From Azolla caroliniana (lineage: Eukaryota; Plantae; Polypodiophyta): a stretch of DNA of 64,000 bases. Every line of letters begins with the position of its first letter. Within the stretch, counting starts at the first letter, position 1. Position numbers and translations under genes: made by a program. The notes beneath the pieces were generated by a model, which worked only from the letters and a program-made list of their open reading frames with translations, ran no database searches and was not told the DNA's origin. Where the stretch lies: contig JBHGNT010000012.1 of NCBI GenBank assembly GCA_043228905.1, forward strand, positions 12,648,001 through 12,712,000, in the 5' to 3' direction. Below, in pieces: positions 24,068-36,823 of this stretch.

Positions 24068-26528
24068 GTCGTTTGAGAACTTGTCGGACCGACCTGTGAA
24101 GAAGATAAAGCTCCGCATACAGGGTTCTCCAATTGAAACACAGACCCTAATAGGTCCCGAGAACATGAAGAGAGGAAAAAAGCTTTTCTTCAACGAGGAG
24201 ACAAAATCTCAACCACCCATTGAGGTTAGCCAAAAGAAACTATTAGCAGCTATTGGTGATGAAGACCTTCCCGACCGTGATCTAATGGACAAGGAATGGT
24301 GTATGCAATACGTCGACTCCAAGAAAAAAGTCGTATTGTATACATCAAAGAAAAAGGGAGAGGGGCAGCTTGAAAATGAAACCCCATTTATGTATGGCCG
24401 TATTCTACGATTTGACTACGAAGATGCAGATTCGGCCAACATAATTGTAATGATAGAGTGCTCTAAGGGGGGTACATAAAGTGTTCCTTTATGAAGATCT
24501 TCTAGTAAAGGAATCTTGTGGGCCAGAAGCTTTCAAAAAAGATCTACAAAGCTCACAAAACCTTATTGTTACCTTGAGACCTTATATACAAGGTCATGTA
24601 ACTCTAAGGGAGCCATTGCCCTCCCCAGTGAAGGCCACAAAAAGGGCATCTAAAGTACAATCAAGACCACCAAAAAAGAAGACCACCAAAATGTCGGACT
24701 CCGACTCATCAAGTGAAAACGAAGATGAGGACACTAAGGGGACGCCAGGAGCTGAGCTGGCATCGGGTGTGTTGTCATCCGAACAGAATAAGATACGGAG
24801 AGAGTTAATGCAGTGGAAACTGGTCAGGAAAGGGCAAGTGTTTAATTTGCCTATAACACACATCCATTGGCCCCCTATTGATGAAAAAACAAGACGAAGA
24901 CCACTTGAGATTAGAGAGCCACACCGAATGCATGTTCAAAATCTTAAGAAAAAAATGAAAATTAATCCACATGCTACCGTTATGGTGGAAACTGGTCAGG
25001 AAAGGGCAAGTGTTTAATTTGCCTATAACACACATCCATTGGCCCCCTATTGATGAAAAAACAAGACGAAGACCACTTGAGATTAGAGAGCCACACCGAA
25101 TGCATGTTCAAAATCTTAAGAAAAAAATGAAAATTAATCCACATGCTACCGTTGTGCCTTTTATTGTTATGGTGGATCCTGAAGAATGTGAAACCATTGA
25201 CGATTTTGATATAAGAAAGCATGATCAATATAATTACTTTGTCATTGGTGGATCGCATTTGGTGGAGGCACGTCGGCAACTTGTCAGAGAACATGCAACG
25301 ACTTTCTTCTTCAAGTATGCAGAATGCAAAATTTACGTGGGTCTCACAACTGAAGAGGCAAAGCTATTGGCATGGGACCACAATAATGATAATGACTATA
25401 GGCAAAAAATGTCATCGATTGAGCGTATAAGGTTCTTCCACCACGAGTATTTGGACGTCAAACAAAAGTTGGGTGTGAAGCTACATCTAGGCCTACGACG
25501 TCAATGCTTGCATGAAGTCGGCATTGTGGTAGATGATAATGTTAAGTCCGATGGTCTTCGAAAATATGAGTCTTGGTTTCAACTAGCCTTTAGAGATGGA
25601 GAAGTATGGGACCTACAAGATTAAATCTTCTCAATGTGGGAGAATAAGGAGGTCAAGCGTCAACGACAAAAGAAATGTAAGGTTGACCCTCAACTAGAAT
25701 TAAAGTCACAAGCGGCCAAGAAAATTGACTTGACAATTGAAGAAGCGGCTGACGACATGAAGTTGTCTCTGTGATGAGCGATGCAAGGTATTAAGGACGA
25801 GTAGCTTCTTGTGTCTGTTTTGTCAACGGTTGTGGCCAAAGATTTAACCCTTGAAGAAATGGTCACTGAGTTCAATAAGTAAGTCTTTCAAATACTGATA
25901 TTGAAGTCTATATGGTGCAATTGAAAGTTCTAATCTCGTTTTCTAATTTCACAGTCATAAGGTGTACATGAAGGATTGGGTTAGTATTGGTGGTTTTTCA
26001 TTAAGCTTTCATCATATGTAGAGCTTGTATAATAAAACTTGATGTCTTATTGCTTCTATTAGAAACCGTGTCATGGCAATAAACAAGGAGAAGTTAAGGA
26101 TATACATGATTTCCCGACATCCTTCCTTGCACATCTCGAGAGAGCCAGAAAAGAAAAGGATCATCGCTTAGTCAAGGTGTACGAAATGGAGGAAGATGGC
26201 TCCTTCAAAAAATTTAGCCACAAAAAAGATATTACGAGAGATCTTTACTACAATGTGGTTTGCGACGATGTCATTGACATGATCCAAAAAGTCCCAAAGA
26301 AGGAATATATGCTAATGATTTTGGATATTCCTTACGGATTTCGAATGGCATGGTCATCATACGACAATGAACCGTTTAGGTTTAAACAGTTGGAGAAGAT
26401 GGTCAAGGATTTGCTGAGCTAACGATTGCATCCTTGTGGAGAATAGTTGTCTTTCATAGTATAGACCAAGGGTACTCGGTAGCTCAAGCTTTGAGATCTC
26501 GTTGCCATGGCATCGAGAACCCTGCATG
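24068..26528 (+). pseudogene. Intron-containing pseudogene: ParB/Srx-like domain fused to a beta-class N6-adenine/N4-cytosine DNA methyltransferase-like domain (3' part lost)
   Basis: ParB-like: PFIVMV...YFVIGGSHLVEARRQL...AECKIY...EEAKLLAWDHNNDNDYRQKMSSIE; MTase-like: VVCDDVIDMIQKVPKKEYMLMILDIPYG (DIPY at 26324-26335) followed by a helix, IVVFH and a W. Splice signals: AG at 24066-67, GTAAG at 25879 and 26529, AG at 26061-62. In-frame stops, frameshifts and a 172-bp-period duplication. Confidence 0.7.
24813..25153 (+). repeat. Tandem duplication (~169 bp, period 172) causing a frameshift
   Basis: 24813-24981 is repeated identically at 24985-25153; the peptide WKLVRKGQ...INPHATV appears in two overlapping ORFs. 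Confidence 0.92.
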
Positions 26529-26529
26529 G

Positions 26530-29500
26530 TAAGGATTATTTATAGGTCTCATTGTTCTTGAAAAATTACAGTAGTTACATGTTGATGAATAGTAAAAGGG
26601 TTATGATTAACACTTTGTAATATATTCTCCCTATGTTGTTTTAGTTCTAAGACATACCTACCTAGTCTTTTTACACTCGGGGTATCTAATAGTTTGGAGA
26701 GGGTGGGAGAGGGTTCTAATATGTCTTGGTATTCCGCCCGTATCTTGGCATAAGTTGGGTACTTGCATGTGAACTGATACTCATCCTCTATCTCTATGTG
26801 GCATAACCTACATAGCCTTTCCTCTCTAGGGACTCTATTAGATCGACCATTCTCAATCTCAAGTTGGTGAGATGATATCCTAAGTTGTCCAATGGCCACC
26901 CTTAGTGCATTTGGTAAAAATGTATCTAGATATCTTGGTTGTGTAATAAAACCTAACTTAGAGAAATGCAGAAAGTGTTCCTTATAGTACAACATTTTAG
27001 ATGGGAGTGGCTCTTGTGGGGTGATCCATTTATATCGATTGTAAATTTGCCATATTTCTTGGCGTATCACTTTATTACGGTCTTCATGAGAGATTAGAGT
27101 TTGATCAGTCCCATGGTTGTACTTACGGGGAGGTAGGTTATTAATGTCTATGCCGTGTGCAAGTAACCAACTCACCACAATGCTATACCAAGAGCTAGTG
27201 TCTCTAGATGCATGTAGGGATCGGGATGCCTCAAAGGCTCGACGTGATATCCTATCTTGTGGTTGGCTATGTATCCGATGAATAAAAACTACCATTTGAA
27301 AGAGTGCTTCTACTAACATCGGGGGTAGACTAAACTCTACTCTAATAATGTCATGCAGTACTGTCAATTTGCTTCGGAGTTGACGTGATAACATCGTCAC
27401 CAAAGGTCTCTCTAATTGCGTCCACATGAAGGATGGTAGACCTGGAGCCCATACTACTGATGCATACATAAGGGACGGGGTCACTAATGAGTCGAAGAGC
27501 CATCCCTTCGTCCGTGGCTCTTGAAAGTATGCCTGGTAGCATTGTCTCTCTAAGTGTGAAAGGGATGCATACCCTCTCGTTAGCCTATCTTTGGCTGCCT
27601 GGGTCATCGAGAATTTACCTGAGCAAGCACTAAAAGTGACTCCCAAGTATACATATGATCCCACTACCTCAACTAGTTTATGAGAGAGGGTTATGTGACA
27701 TTTACTCCTAACTCTGGACGATGTATGAAAGATAAGGACTTTAGTTTTCGTTAGATTCACTACCAGTCCTCGTTGTGTACAAAAGTCATCTAGGGCATTA
27801 AGATGCTTTTGTAGGTCGTGTTCCAACTCCGAGAGCAAGACAATGTCGGTTGTGTAGAGTAAGAGACTAACTTGTGTATCTTCAATAACTACTCCCTTGC
27901 CTCCCATTCGAGCAATAAAATCATTGATCTCATCAATGTAGATCCCAAAAAGAGTTGGTGACAAGGGGCAACCCTGTTTTACAGCAATGGTGCTAGTGAA
28001 ACAATAAGATAGGCCACCTGGGCATCGTACACACCGGAGACTTGCTCATATAAGGAAGAAATGGCCCAGATCATGTCATTTGGTATCTTCAAGCTCTAAA
28101 GTCTATCAAACAACCTCTCCCTAGGAACCGTGTCAAAGGCTTTGTGGAAGTCCACAAAGCAACAATATAGTTTCTTCTTACCTAAGCAACTAAGTGTGAA
28201 GATATGGCCAATAGTGGAGAAGGCTCTTCTAAAGCCAGCCTGCTCAGGTGCGCGAAGACTTAACGTTTCCATATAATCGTTGAGCTCCACTTCCATTACT
28301 GCACCATATAGTTTAGCGAGCGTATGACCTATCATAATGGTCCTATATGTATTTGGGTCCATTGGGTCCCCTCCTTTATGTATAGGGGCCACTGTGTTCA
28401 TGGCCCATTGTGGTGGAAAACCCTCGGCGAGGGCACGGTTGAAGATTAGAGTGAGAAGTGGGGCTAGGCACTCTCGAGTATATATGATGTGCTCGGCTCG
28501 CAATCCTATGTGGTCCATGGATTTCCTATGCTGTAACTTTTTTATGACCTTCGTGACCCTAGAGGTCGTGAAAAGTGTCCCCATGGTAGGTCGAGGTGTG
28601 GAAGGCATTGGAATGGGTGGTTGGTTCGAGACATGGTAGTGTCTCTCGATATATGTGTGCCAAATATTGGGATCCTCGATGGGTGTTTGTGGTCTTGGTT
28701 CCCGTAGTCTCTTCCATGCAAGGGCGCAGTCCCTACTCAAGAACATATGGTAGAGTTCCCAATATTGAGATGCTTCCCAAGCTCGTCTTTTACGAAGTCT
28801 CATCTTGCGCATCTCTTTGCGAGCCTGTACCGAGGAAATAGTACCACTAAGTCGCAACACCTTAAGTTGTCTATACAACTCTCTACAATCCTCATCATAC
28901 CACTTGTTTTGTGGCATAAACCCTATTCAACTATGATTGGAACCTTTCGTGCATGGGAAGCTACTAATTGCTGCTGAGTGAAGGATGTGTGTGAGTTCTG
29001 TAGTGAGGTTCTCTAAAGGCAAGGAAGAATCAAAAGAGGAGAGATGGGCTTGTACATGTCGAGAGTAGATTTCAGCAACCTCATGCGTGAAATGTATTAT
29101 GGTGTGGTGGGTTGGTTTACTAGAGTTGGTGGCATGGGAGATGTCACATTTTAGCTCAAAGTATAGGAAGTTATGGTCTGCACCAATGGGGCATGGGGCC
29201 ACTCGGAAGGAGTTAACCATGTGGCTTCAGGGCGTCCTATTAGGTAATCAACTGTGCTTTCCCCTCCTCCATGTGGGAAATATGTGAGCTCTTCCGAGCC
29301 CGGCCACTTGGCTAAGCCATTATATATGATCATTCGGTGTTGGCTTCCAAGTTCAAGCAGATGATGGCCAAAGCTTGTGGCGTCCGCACCTTGATCTTTT
29401 GATGTATATGTTATGCCTAAGGATAAAGGGTCGACATTCACCATTTCTAAGTTTCTATCCATCTGAAATATTGTGCATTTTCGGGATTGGGTTCTCACAT

Positions 29501-32500
29501 TAAAATCCCCTAAAAGGAAGACTTCCTCTTGAGAAGAATATTGGATTATGTCATCCGATAAAGGTTTGTATGGAGAAGGCCCATGTGGCGTTCCTTCATC
29601 AACTATACTCGCCTCTCCAGTTGTATTATATCGGGGTCCTTTTGCGGGGAAGTAACAAACGGTGATAAATATCAGTTGATCCTTGCTAGTGAGGATTTTC
29701 ACCCACATAATACGGGCTTATGGGTCTTTCTTTAGTATTTCTATCCTATTATGTATCTCTCTCCAAAATAATATCGCAACCCCTCCACACCCTCTAGTAG
29801 TGTGTCAACGTGATGTTTGTCTAGAGACAGATTCCCAACGAAAACCGTCAACTCGTGGCAGTCCTCGATTTGGACTTTGATGTGTTTCTACTAAAAACAG
29901 TGTATCTAATACCTTCAAAATGTCCTCTATGTTAAGAAAACGTGAAGAAGGCACTCGGGCTCTTCTTATGTGCGCGGCGGATCATGGTGTGCTAGATCGT
30001 TTAGTGCTCAAACACAGAAGGGAAGGGGGAAGGAGACTTACCTCTGTAGCAGCCAAAAACTTCTTCTATTTCATTATACGCGGAGCTCTACTTGCTCTCT
30101 CTTTGTTTCTCTCTCTTGCTCTCACTCTCTGAGTTCTTTCTCTCTGTACACACTATCTCGCTCTCAGAGTTCTACTTCCTGTATATCTTCATCTTCTTTT
30201 TCTTTCTCTCTTACTTTCTACCTAAGTAATAAGTTACTTACGTATGCAACTAATTAGCTGCCTGTAGCTAATTAGCTGTCAGTCGCTAAATAGCTGTCAG
30301 TAGCTAATTAGCTGTCAGTCACTAAATAGCTGTCAGTAGCTAATTAGCTTTCAGTAGCTAATTAGCTGTTTCTCCTTTATGTTCACAAGTAGCTAAATAA
30401 CTACTATAGCTTATTTCCCAATAAGCATCGCATACCATGTTGAGCTTGCTCCTCAACACTCCCCCTCAAGCTCAACTTATCCTTTCTTGGGGTTATCTAC
30501 AACTCCTTTTTCATGATGCTTTTCAGCCATCATATCAATGTCTACAACTCCCATCATGTTCCGAAACTGTGTATGCTTTTCCACACTCAATCCCTTTGTG
30601 AGAATATCAGCAACCTGCTGATTTGTATTCACATACACCAGATCAACTTCTCCTTCAATCACTTTTTCTCTAACAAAGTGATAATGCACTTCAATGTGCT
30701 TTGTTCTTGCATGGAACACTGGGTTCTTTGCAAGTTGAATGCTGCTCATGTTGTCACACCAGATTGTGATAGTACCGTCTATATACTCTCCCAAATCAGC
30801 AAGCAATCTTCTGATCCATACCTCTTCACAAGTGGCTATGGCAGCTCCTCTGTACTCAGCTTCAGTACTAGACAATGCAACAGTAGCCTGTTTCTTGCTA
30901 CTCCATGAAATACCTGCACTTCCCAATGTAAAGATAAATATCCACTTGTGGATCTTCTATATGTTTGGCTTCCAGCCCAATCAACATCTGTATATCCTTC
31001 CAGATTTATGTCCAAATCAGCCCTGTAAAACAATCCAAAGTTCTGAGTAGCTTTTACATACCTCAGAATTCTTCTAATGCAGTCCAAATGCGGCTTTGTT
31101 GGTTGTTGCATAAATTGGCTGACTAATCCAACTGCATAACTCAAATCAGGTCTTGTTATGGTCAAATAAATAAGGCTGCCCACCATAGACCTGTACATGT
31201 TTACATCTTCTATTTTGGCTCCCAAATCAGCCCTCAATTTGCAGTTTTTATCTAGTGGTACTCCAATAGGTTTGCATCCAAGCATACCATACTTTTTCAA
31301 CATAGTTGTTGCATATTGTCTTTGCAACACACATACCACTTTCAGATCTAATGATTTCAATACCCAAAAAATATCTCAGATCTCCCAAATCTTTCATATG
31401 AAATTTCATTTCCAAATTTCTTTTCAGCTTACTTATCTCATCCATGAAATCACCTCCAATGATGAGATCATCAACATAAATCAGAATCACAACCATACAA
31501 TCATCTTTCCTTTTAACATACAATGATGAATCAGCCTTTGACATTTTGAAGTCAAGTTTTTTCAGATAATCTGAAAGTTCCCTGTGCCATGTTCTTGGTG
31601 CCTGTTTCAGTTCATAGAGAGCCTTTTTCAGCTTACATACATAATCTGGATGCTTCCTATCTTCAAAACCTGGTGGTTGACACATATACACTTCTTCTTC
31701 CAAGTTACCATGTAAAAAGGCATTTTTTACATCCATATGATGAAGAAACCATCTTCTGGCTGCACCTACAGCCAGTAATGTCCTCAATGTTGCCATCTTT
31801 GCAACCGGTGCAAATGTCTCATCATAATCAATTCCTTGCATTTGGGCATATCCCTTTGCAACCAATCTTGCTTTATGTCTACTTACATTCCCACTGGAAT
31901 CATGCTTTGTCTTGTAGACCCATTTGCAACCTACCACATTTTTTTCCTTTGGTAACTTCACCAAATCCCATGTTCTGTTTTCAGCCAATGCATCAATCTC
32001 TTCTTGCATTGCGTCCACCCATTTCTTCTCAGTTTTAGCCTCATCAAAACTACTTGGATCAGGGATCTGTACCACCTTAGACATGTATGCATAATGCATA
32101 GCCATGTATGTATCATAACCAAATCTTTCAACAGTTTTTTTCTCTCTATCTGATCTTCAATGCTTTTTCCATACCAGGGATTTTCAATCCTCTTATACCA
32201 AGAAGGTCATCCAATGACACATCTGAATCCTCATCTTCCATGTTTTTAGACAAGTCATCCAACATTTCATACTCTGGCATTTTCTGTTTTCCTTTTTTAT
32301 CATCACATTTTTTGTGTCCTCCACTTTTTCCACTAAAAGAATTTGAATCAGATTTACCATCTGAGCTTTTTGATGGTCCAGAACATTCTGTTGATGTTGG
32401 ACTTTGTTGTCCAACCTTGCTTCCATCTCTGTGGCAGTCTTCTACATTTTCAGATTTGTCTTTGTCTTCAATCTCATTGTCTTCATCAGTCTCTGGATTC

Positions 32501-35500
32501 TGTTTTGGACTATACCAGCTGGCTAACTCATCAAAGATTACATCCCTACTTGTCACAATCTTCTTTGTTACAGGGTTATAGCATCTATAACCTTTTTGTT
32601 CTTCTGAATAGCCAACAAAAATACATTTTTCTGCCTTTGGATCCAACTTACTTCTTACTTCTGCAGGCACATGTACATATGCAAGGCATCCAAACACTTT
32701 TAAGTGTTCTATACTAGGTTTCCTTCCATAGAAACACTCTTCAGGAGTTGCTTCATGTACTCCCGATGTTATACATCTATTTAGAATATAATTTGCTGTA
32801 TTTACAGCTTCTGCCCAATAGTACAATGGCATATTCTTCTGTCATCAAAGCCCTTGCAATGTTCACCAATGTTCTGTTTTTCCTCTCAGCAACTCCATTT
32901 TGTTGTGGAGTATATCTACATGTGAACTGTCTTCTTATTCCCTGATTGCATAGAAAATCAGAAAATTCATTGGAGAAATACTCTCCTCCTCCATCAGATC
33001 TTAAACATTTTATTCTTGTACCTGCCTGCTTTTCTACCATGCATTTAAACTTACGAAAACATTCAAACACTTCACTTTTCTCTTTCATGAAGTACACCCA
33101 TGTTTTCCTTGAGCAATCATCAATAAAAGTTACATAAAATCTGCAGCCACCGATAGATGCATTCTTAGTTGGTCCCCATACATTCGTATGTACCAAATCC
33201 AACAAATTTTTACTTACATGTCTTTCATGAGGGAATGGCAACCTATTTTGCTTTCCATATTGACATGCTTCACATATCTTTCCCATTTCACAATTTTTCA
33301 GTTTTGGCAGTCCAGCCACTGCCTCTTTTCTCAACATATTCTTTAGGGTTTGCATACTTATGTGGCCAATCCTTTTATGCCACATTTCCACATCTGAGAC
33401 TACACTCATTCCATTTGCAAACATAGCTGAAATCTGTCTAGGCATGTCAACATCTAAAATAAACATTCTTCCTTGTCGTTTTCCTTTTGCAATGAGCTTC
33501 CCATTCTTTTCTATATAGCATCCACTTTGCTTAAACTTTACTTGCATACCTTGCTCTACTATCTGTCCAACAGAAATCAGATTCTTAGCAAGATTTGGAA
33601 CATGCATTACATTCAACATATACTTAGTCTTTCCTTTTTCTTCCCACAATGGAATATCTCCAACATGTTCTATTTGGTGAGTACTATTATCACCCGTCTG
33701 TACATAGCCAGGAATCTCTGGTTCTCTCAACCTTTCAAACCAGTTTGCATGTCCAGTCATATGATTAGATGCCCCCGAGTCTACATACCATGTAAACTCT
33801 TCATTACATTTCTGTGAGCTTTCAGCCACGGCTGCTATCTCATGTTGTACCACAAATGCACCATCTTTTTCACAATCTTCACTAGTTTGGGCATAGTTAT
33901 TCTGTTGTCTCTTTCCTCTTTGCTCATCATTTTGCTTCTTGTAACATTCAGCCTGTGTGTGGCCTGGTTTTCCACAATACCAACAGCCATCATCATTTAC
34001 ATATGTTTGCTTACCTCTACCTTGGTTGCTCCCCCTGCCTCTGTTGTTGTTTCTTCCTCTAATGGTTTGTTGTCCTCTTCCTTGATAACCATTATTGTGG
34101 GTTCTTGCTGAGCCAAATCTTCCATGGCCTCTTCCTCGGTCTCTTCCAGCACTATTATATAGGGCTTGCCCCTCATTCTCAAGATTTCCTTTATTTACAT
34201 CATCCATCTGATTCCTTTCTTCTACTACAAGCATTGAAATCAGATCTGAGAAACTTGGGATACTATCCCTTGTAAGCATAGAGGTTTTAAAGCTTTTGTA
34301 TTGGGGTCCCAAGCCTCTCAAGCATATTTCTACCTTATCATCATCTTCTATCTTTACATTGATAGAAGCAAGTGATTCACATATGCTCTTTATTTTCAAG
34401 GCATACTCATTTATTGACATCTTACCTTTTTCTAAGGTATTTAGCTCAGTCTTCAACTGTAGCTTTCTAGCTTTTGTGTTTACTGCAAACAGTTTTACCA
34501 AACTGTCCCAAGCTTCTTTTGGGAGCATAGCATCCTGTATGTGCCCAAGCATCGAATCTGAGATGCTAAGTGAGAGCCAATGCATTACCTTCCTTGCCCC
34601 TTGATTCCAATCTTTGAATGCTTTAATCTGTGCTGCTGTGGCATTTTCTTCTGGGATCTCCGGAGCCTCTTCTAGGTCTCCTTCAATGTAATCCCAGTAT
34701 CCTTTCCCCATTAGGAAATTTGTCATTCTAAATTTCCACGCCGGGAAATTGTTTTTATCTAGTTTCTCTGTAACTATTTGGCCCGCATTCTCTGCAGCCA
34801 TTATCTCTTCCAAACAAGGGTTTCTGCTACGATTACTTCAACAAGTAACTTTTTGATTCCGATCAGCAAACAAAGAAATACCTTTCTCAGATCTATGCAC
34901 TTTTGTACTCTTCTTTATGAGCAACTCTGCTCTGATACCATGTTAAGAAAACGTGAAGAAGGCACTCGGGCTCTTCTTATGTGCGCGGCGGATCGTGGTG
35001 TGCTAGATCGTTTAGTGCTCAAACACAGAAGGGAAGGGGGAAGGAGACTTACCTCTGTAGCAGCCAAAAACTTCTTCTATTTCATTATACGGGGAGCTCT
35101 ACTTGCTCTCTCTTTGTTTCTCTCTCTTGCTCTCACTCTCTGAGTTCTTTCTCTCTGTACTCACTATCTCGCTCTCAGAGTTCTACTTCCTGTATATCTT
35201 CATCTTCTTTTTCTTTCTCTCTTACTTTCTACCTAAGTAATAAGTTACTTACGTATGCAACTAATTAGCTGCCTGTAGCTAATTAGCTGTCAGTCGCTAA
35301 ATAGCTGTCAGTAGCTAATTAGCTGTCAGTCACTAAATAGCTGTCAGTAGCTAATTAGCTTTCAGTAGCTAATTAGCTGTTTCTCCTTTATGTTCACAAG
35401 TAGCTAAATAACTACTATAGCTTATTTCCCAATAAGCATCGCATACCATGTTGAGCTTGCTCCTCAACACTCCCCCTCAAGCTCAACTTATCCTTTCTTG

Positions 35501-36590
35501 GGGTTATCTACAACTCCTTTTTCATGATGCTTTTCAGCCATCATATCAATGTCTACAACTCCCATCATGTTCCGAAACTGTGTATGCTTTTCCACACTCA
35601 ATCCCTTTGTGAGAATATCAGCAACCTGCTGATTTGTATTCACATACACCAGATCAACTTCTCCTTCAATCACGCATACCATGTTGAGCTTGCTCCTCAA
35701 CACTCTAGACGGCCAAGGTGTGTCCAAAGTGTGCCATTACAATTCCATAAGGTCATCCTAAGTTTATTGTTTGTCACATGGGCCACACGTCTTCAATTGG
35801 TAGCGTGATCATTAATTATCACACGCCCACCTCGGTAAAAAGCGCAATGCCCCTCTTTACGAGCTTGTATGACTTGCGGCATACAAGTTTTACGATGCTG
35901 AATTTGCAACTTGGTCAAGTCTTCATCAAGGTAGATAGGGTCCTCACCTAATCCTCGAAGAACTGGCCTTTTCCTAGTGGTGTCACGTCCTACTCTCCAA
36001 GTTTTAGTGATTGGTAGGGCTTCGTATCCTAACATCTTCCCTAATGTTTGTGCATCTTCATCGGGAGATGCCCCTTCCTTGAGCCCAGTAACTCTTATGT
36101 TTAAGCGTCGAGCTTGACACATTTTTTCCTCCTCAAGGTTGGTGTTTACAATATTTTCATCCTTTAGTTCCTTTTTAATATTATGTTTTACTACATCAAC
36201 CCACCCAGTTTTTGCTAATTCCATATCACTTTTAACCTCTTCCTTAACCTTTTTTATCTCCTCCTTAATATCCTCTAGGGAAGATATTTCACCATCTTCC
36301 CTAGATGTCTCAAGGTCCTTAACTTGTTTTTGAAGGTTCACGTTGTCTTCCTTAAGTTACGTTATTTCAGCAATAAGTAGTTCTTTTTCTTCCTTATCTT
36401 TTTGTTTTTGAGCTTCAATCTCTTTTGCCCATTTTTCTATTTTAACTAGCCGGTTAAGGACATCTAAAAATTCTTCCTTACTTATAATTTCGTTGTGTGT
36501 TTCCTTATAGTTTTGTCGAGAAGTCATGTTGTAATTCAAAAGATAAAAGAAAGAAAAAGTGAAAAAAGGACAGAAAAACATAGCCGAGCA
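26530..36590 (-). mobile_element. Near full-length decayed LINE, RTEX-like (ORF1 + APE-RT ORF2), interrupted by copia B
   Basis: ORF1 36581-35793 (coiled coil, RRLNIRVTGLKE, IYLDEDLT); APE start LWNCNG...LVETH split by copia B; GDFN and VDY motifs; RT YRTIMI, QAGFR, FVDFHKAFDTV, KQGCPLSPTLF, degenerate YADD (LLYTTD); C-terminal LEIENGR...RLCRLC..EDE. Confidence 0.8.
29930..35702 (-). mobile_element. Ty1/copia retrotransposon B (frameshifted) with an extra partial LTR-pol end-PPT module
   Basis: 529-bp LTRs 29930-30458 and 34941-35469; PBS (iMet) 34929-34940; gag-pol 34813-30477 in several frames; TSD CTCTA at 29925-29929 and 35703-35707; same family as copia D. Confidence 0.93.
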
Positions 36591-36823
36591 TCGATGTCTT
36601 GCATGCTAGGTACAAGTGTAAAAGCACATTTGTACTCTCTCGTCTACGCAACCGACGACATCGTAAGAGGTGTAGGTGACAACGATAGTCGACAACGACT
36701 ACTGTGCCACAAACCAAATACCGACGATGGCATGCGTTTTCATTGTGATTACAAGATCCAACGGCGTTGTGGACGCTGCAACACCCAAGGAATATGAAGG
36801 TGGTGTTGGGAAATCGGTCTCGC

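Noticed and set aside
36590-36823. Continuation of the methyltransferase (motif I) beyond the LINE 5' end
   Set aside because: No FxGxG or HPxxKP motif, and no LINE TSD found by eye.
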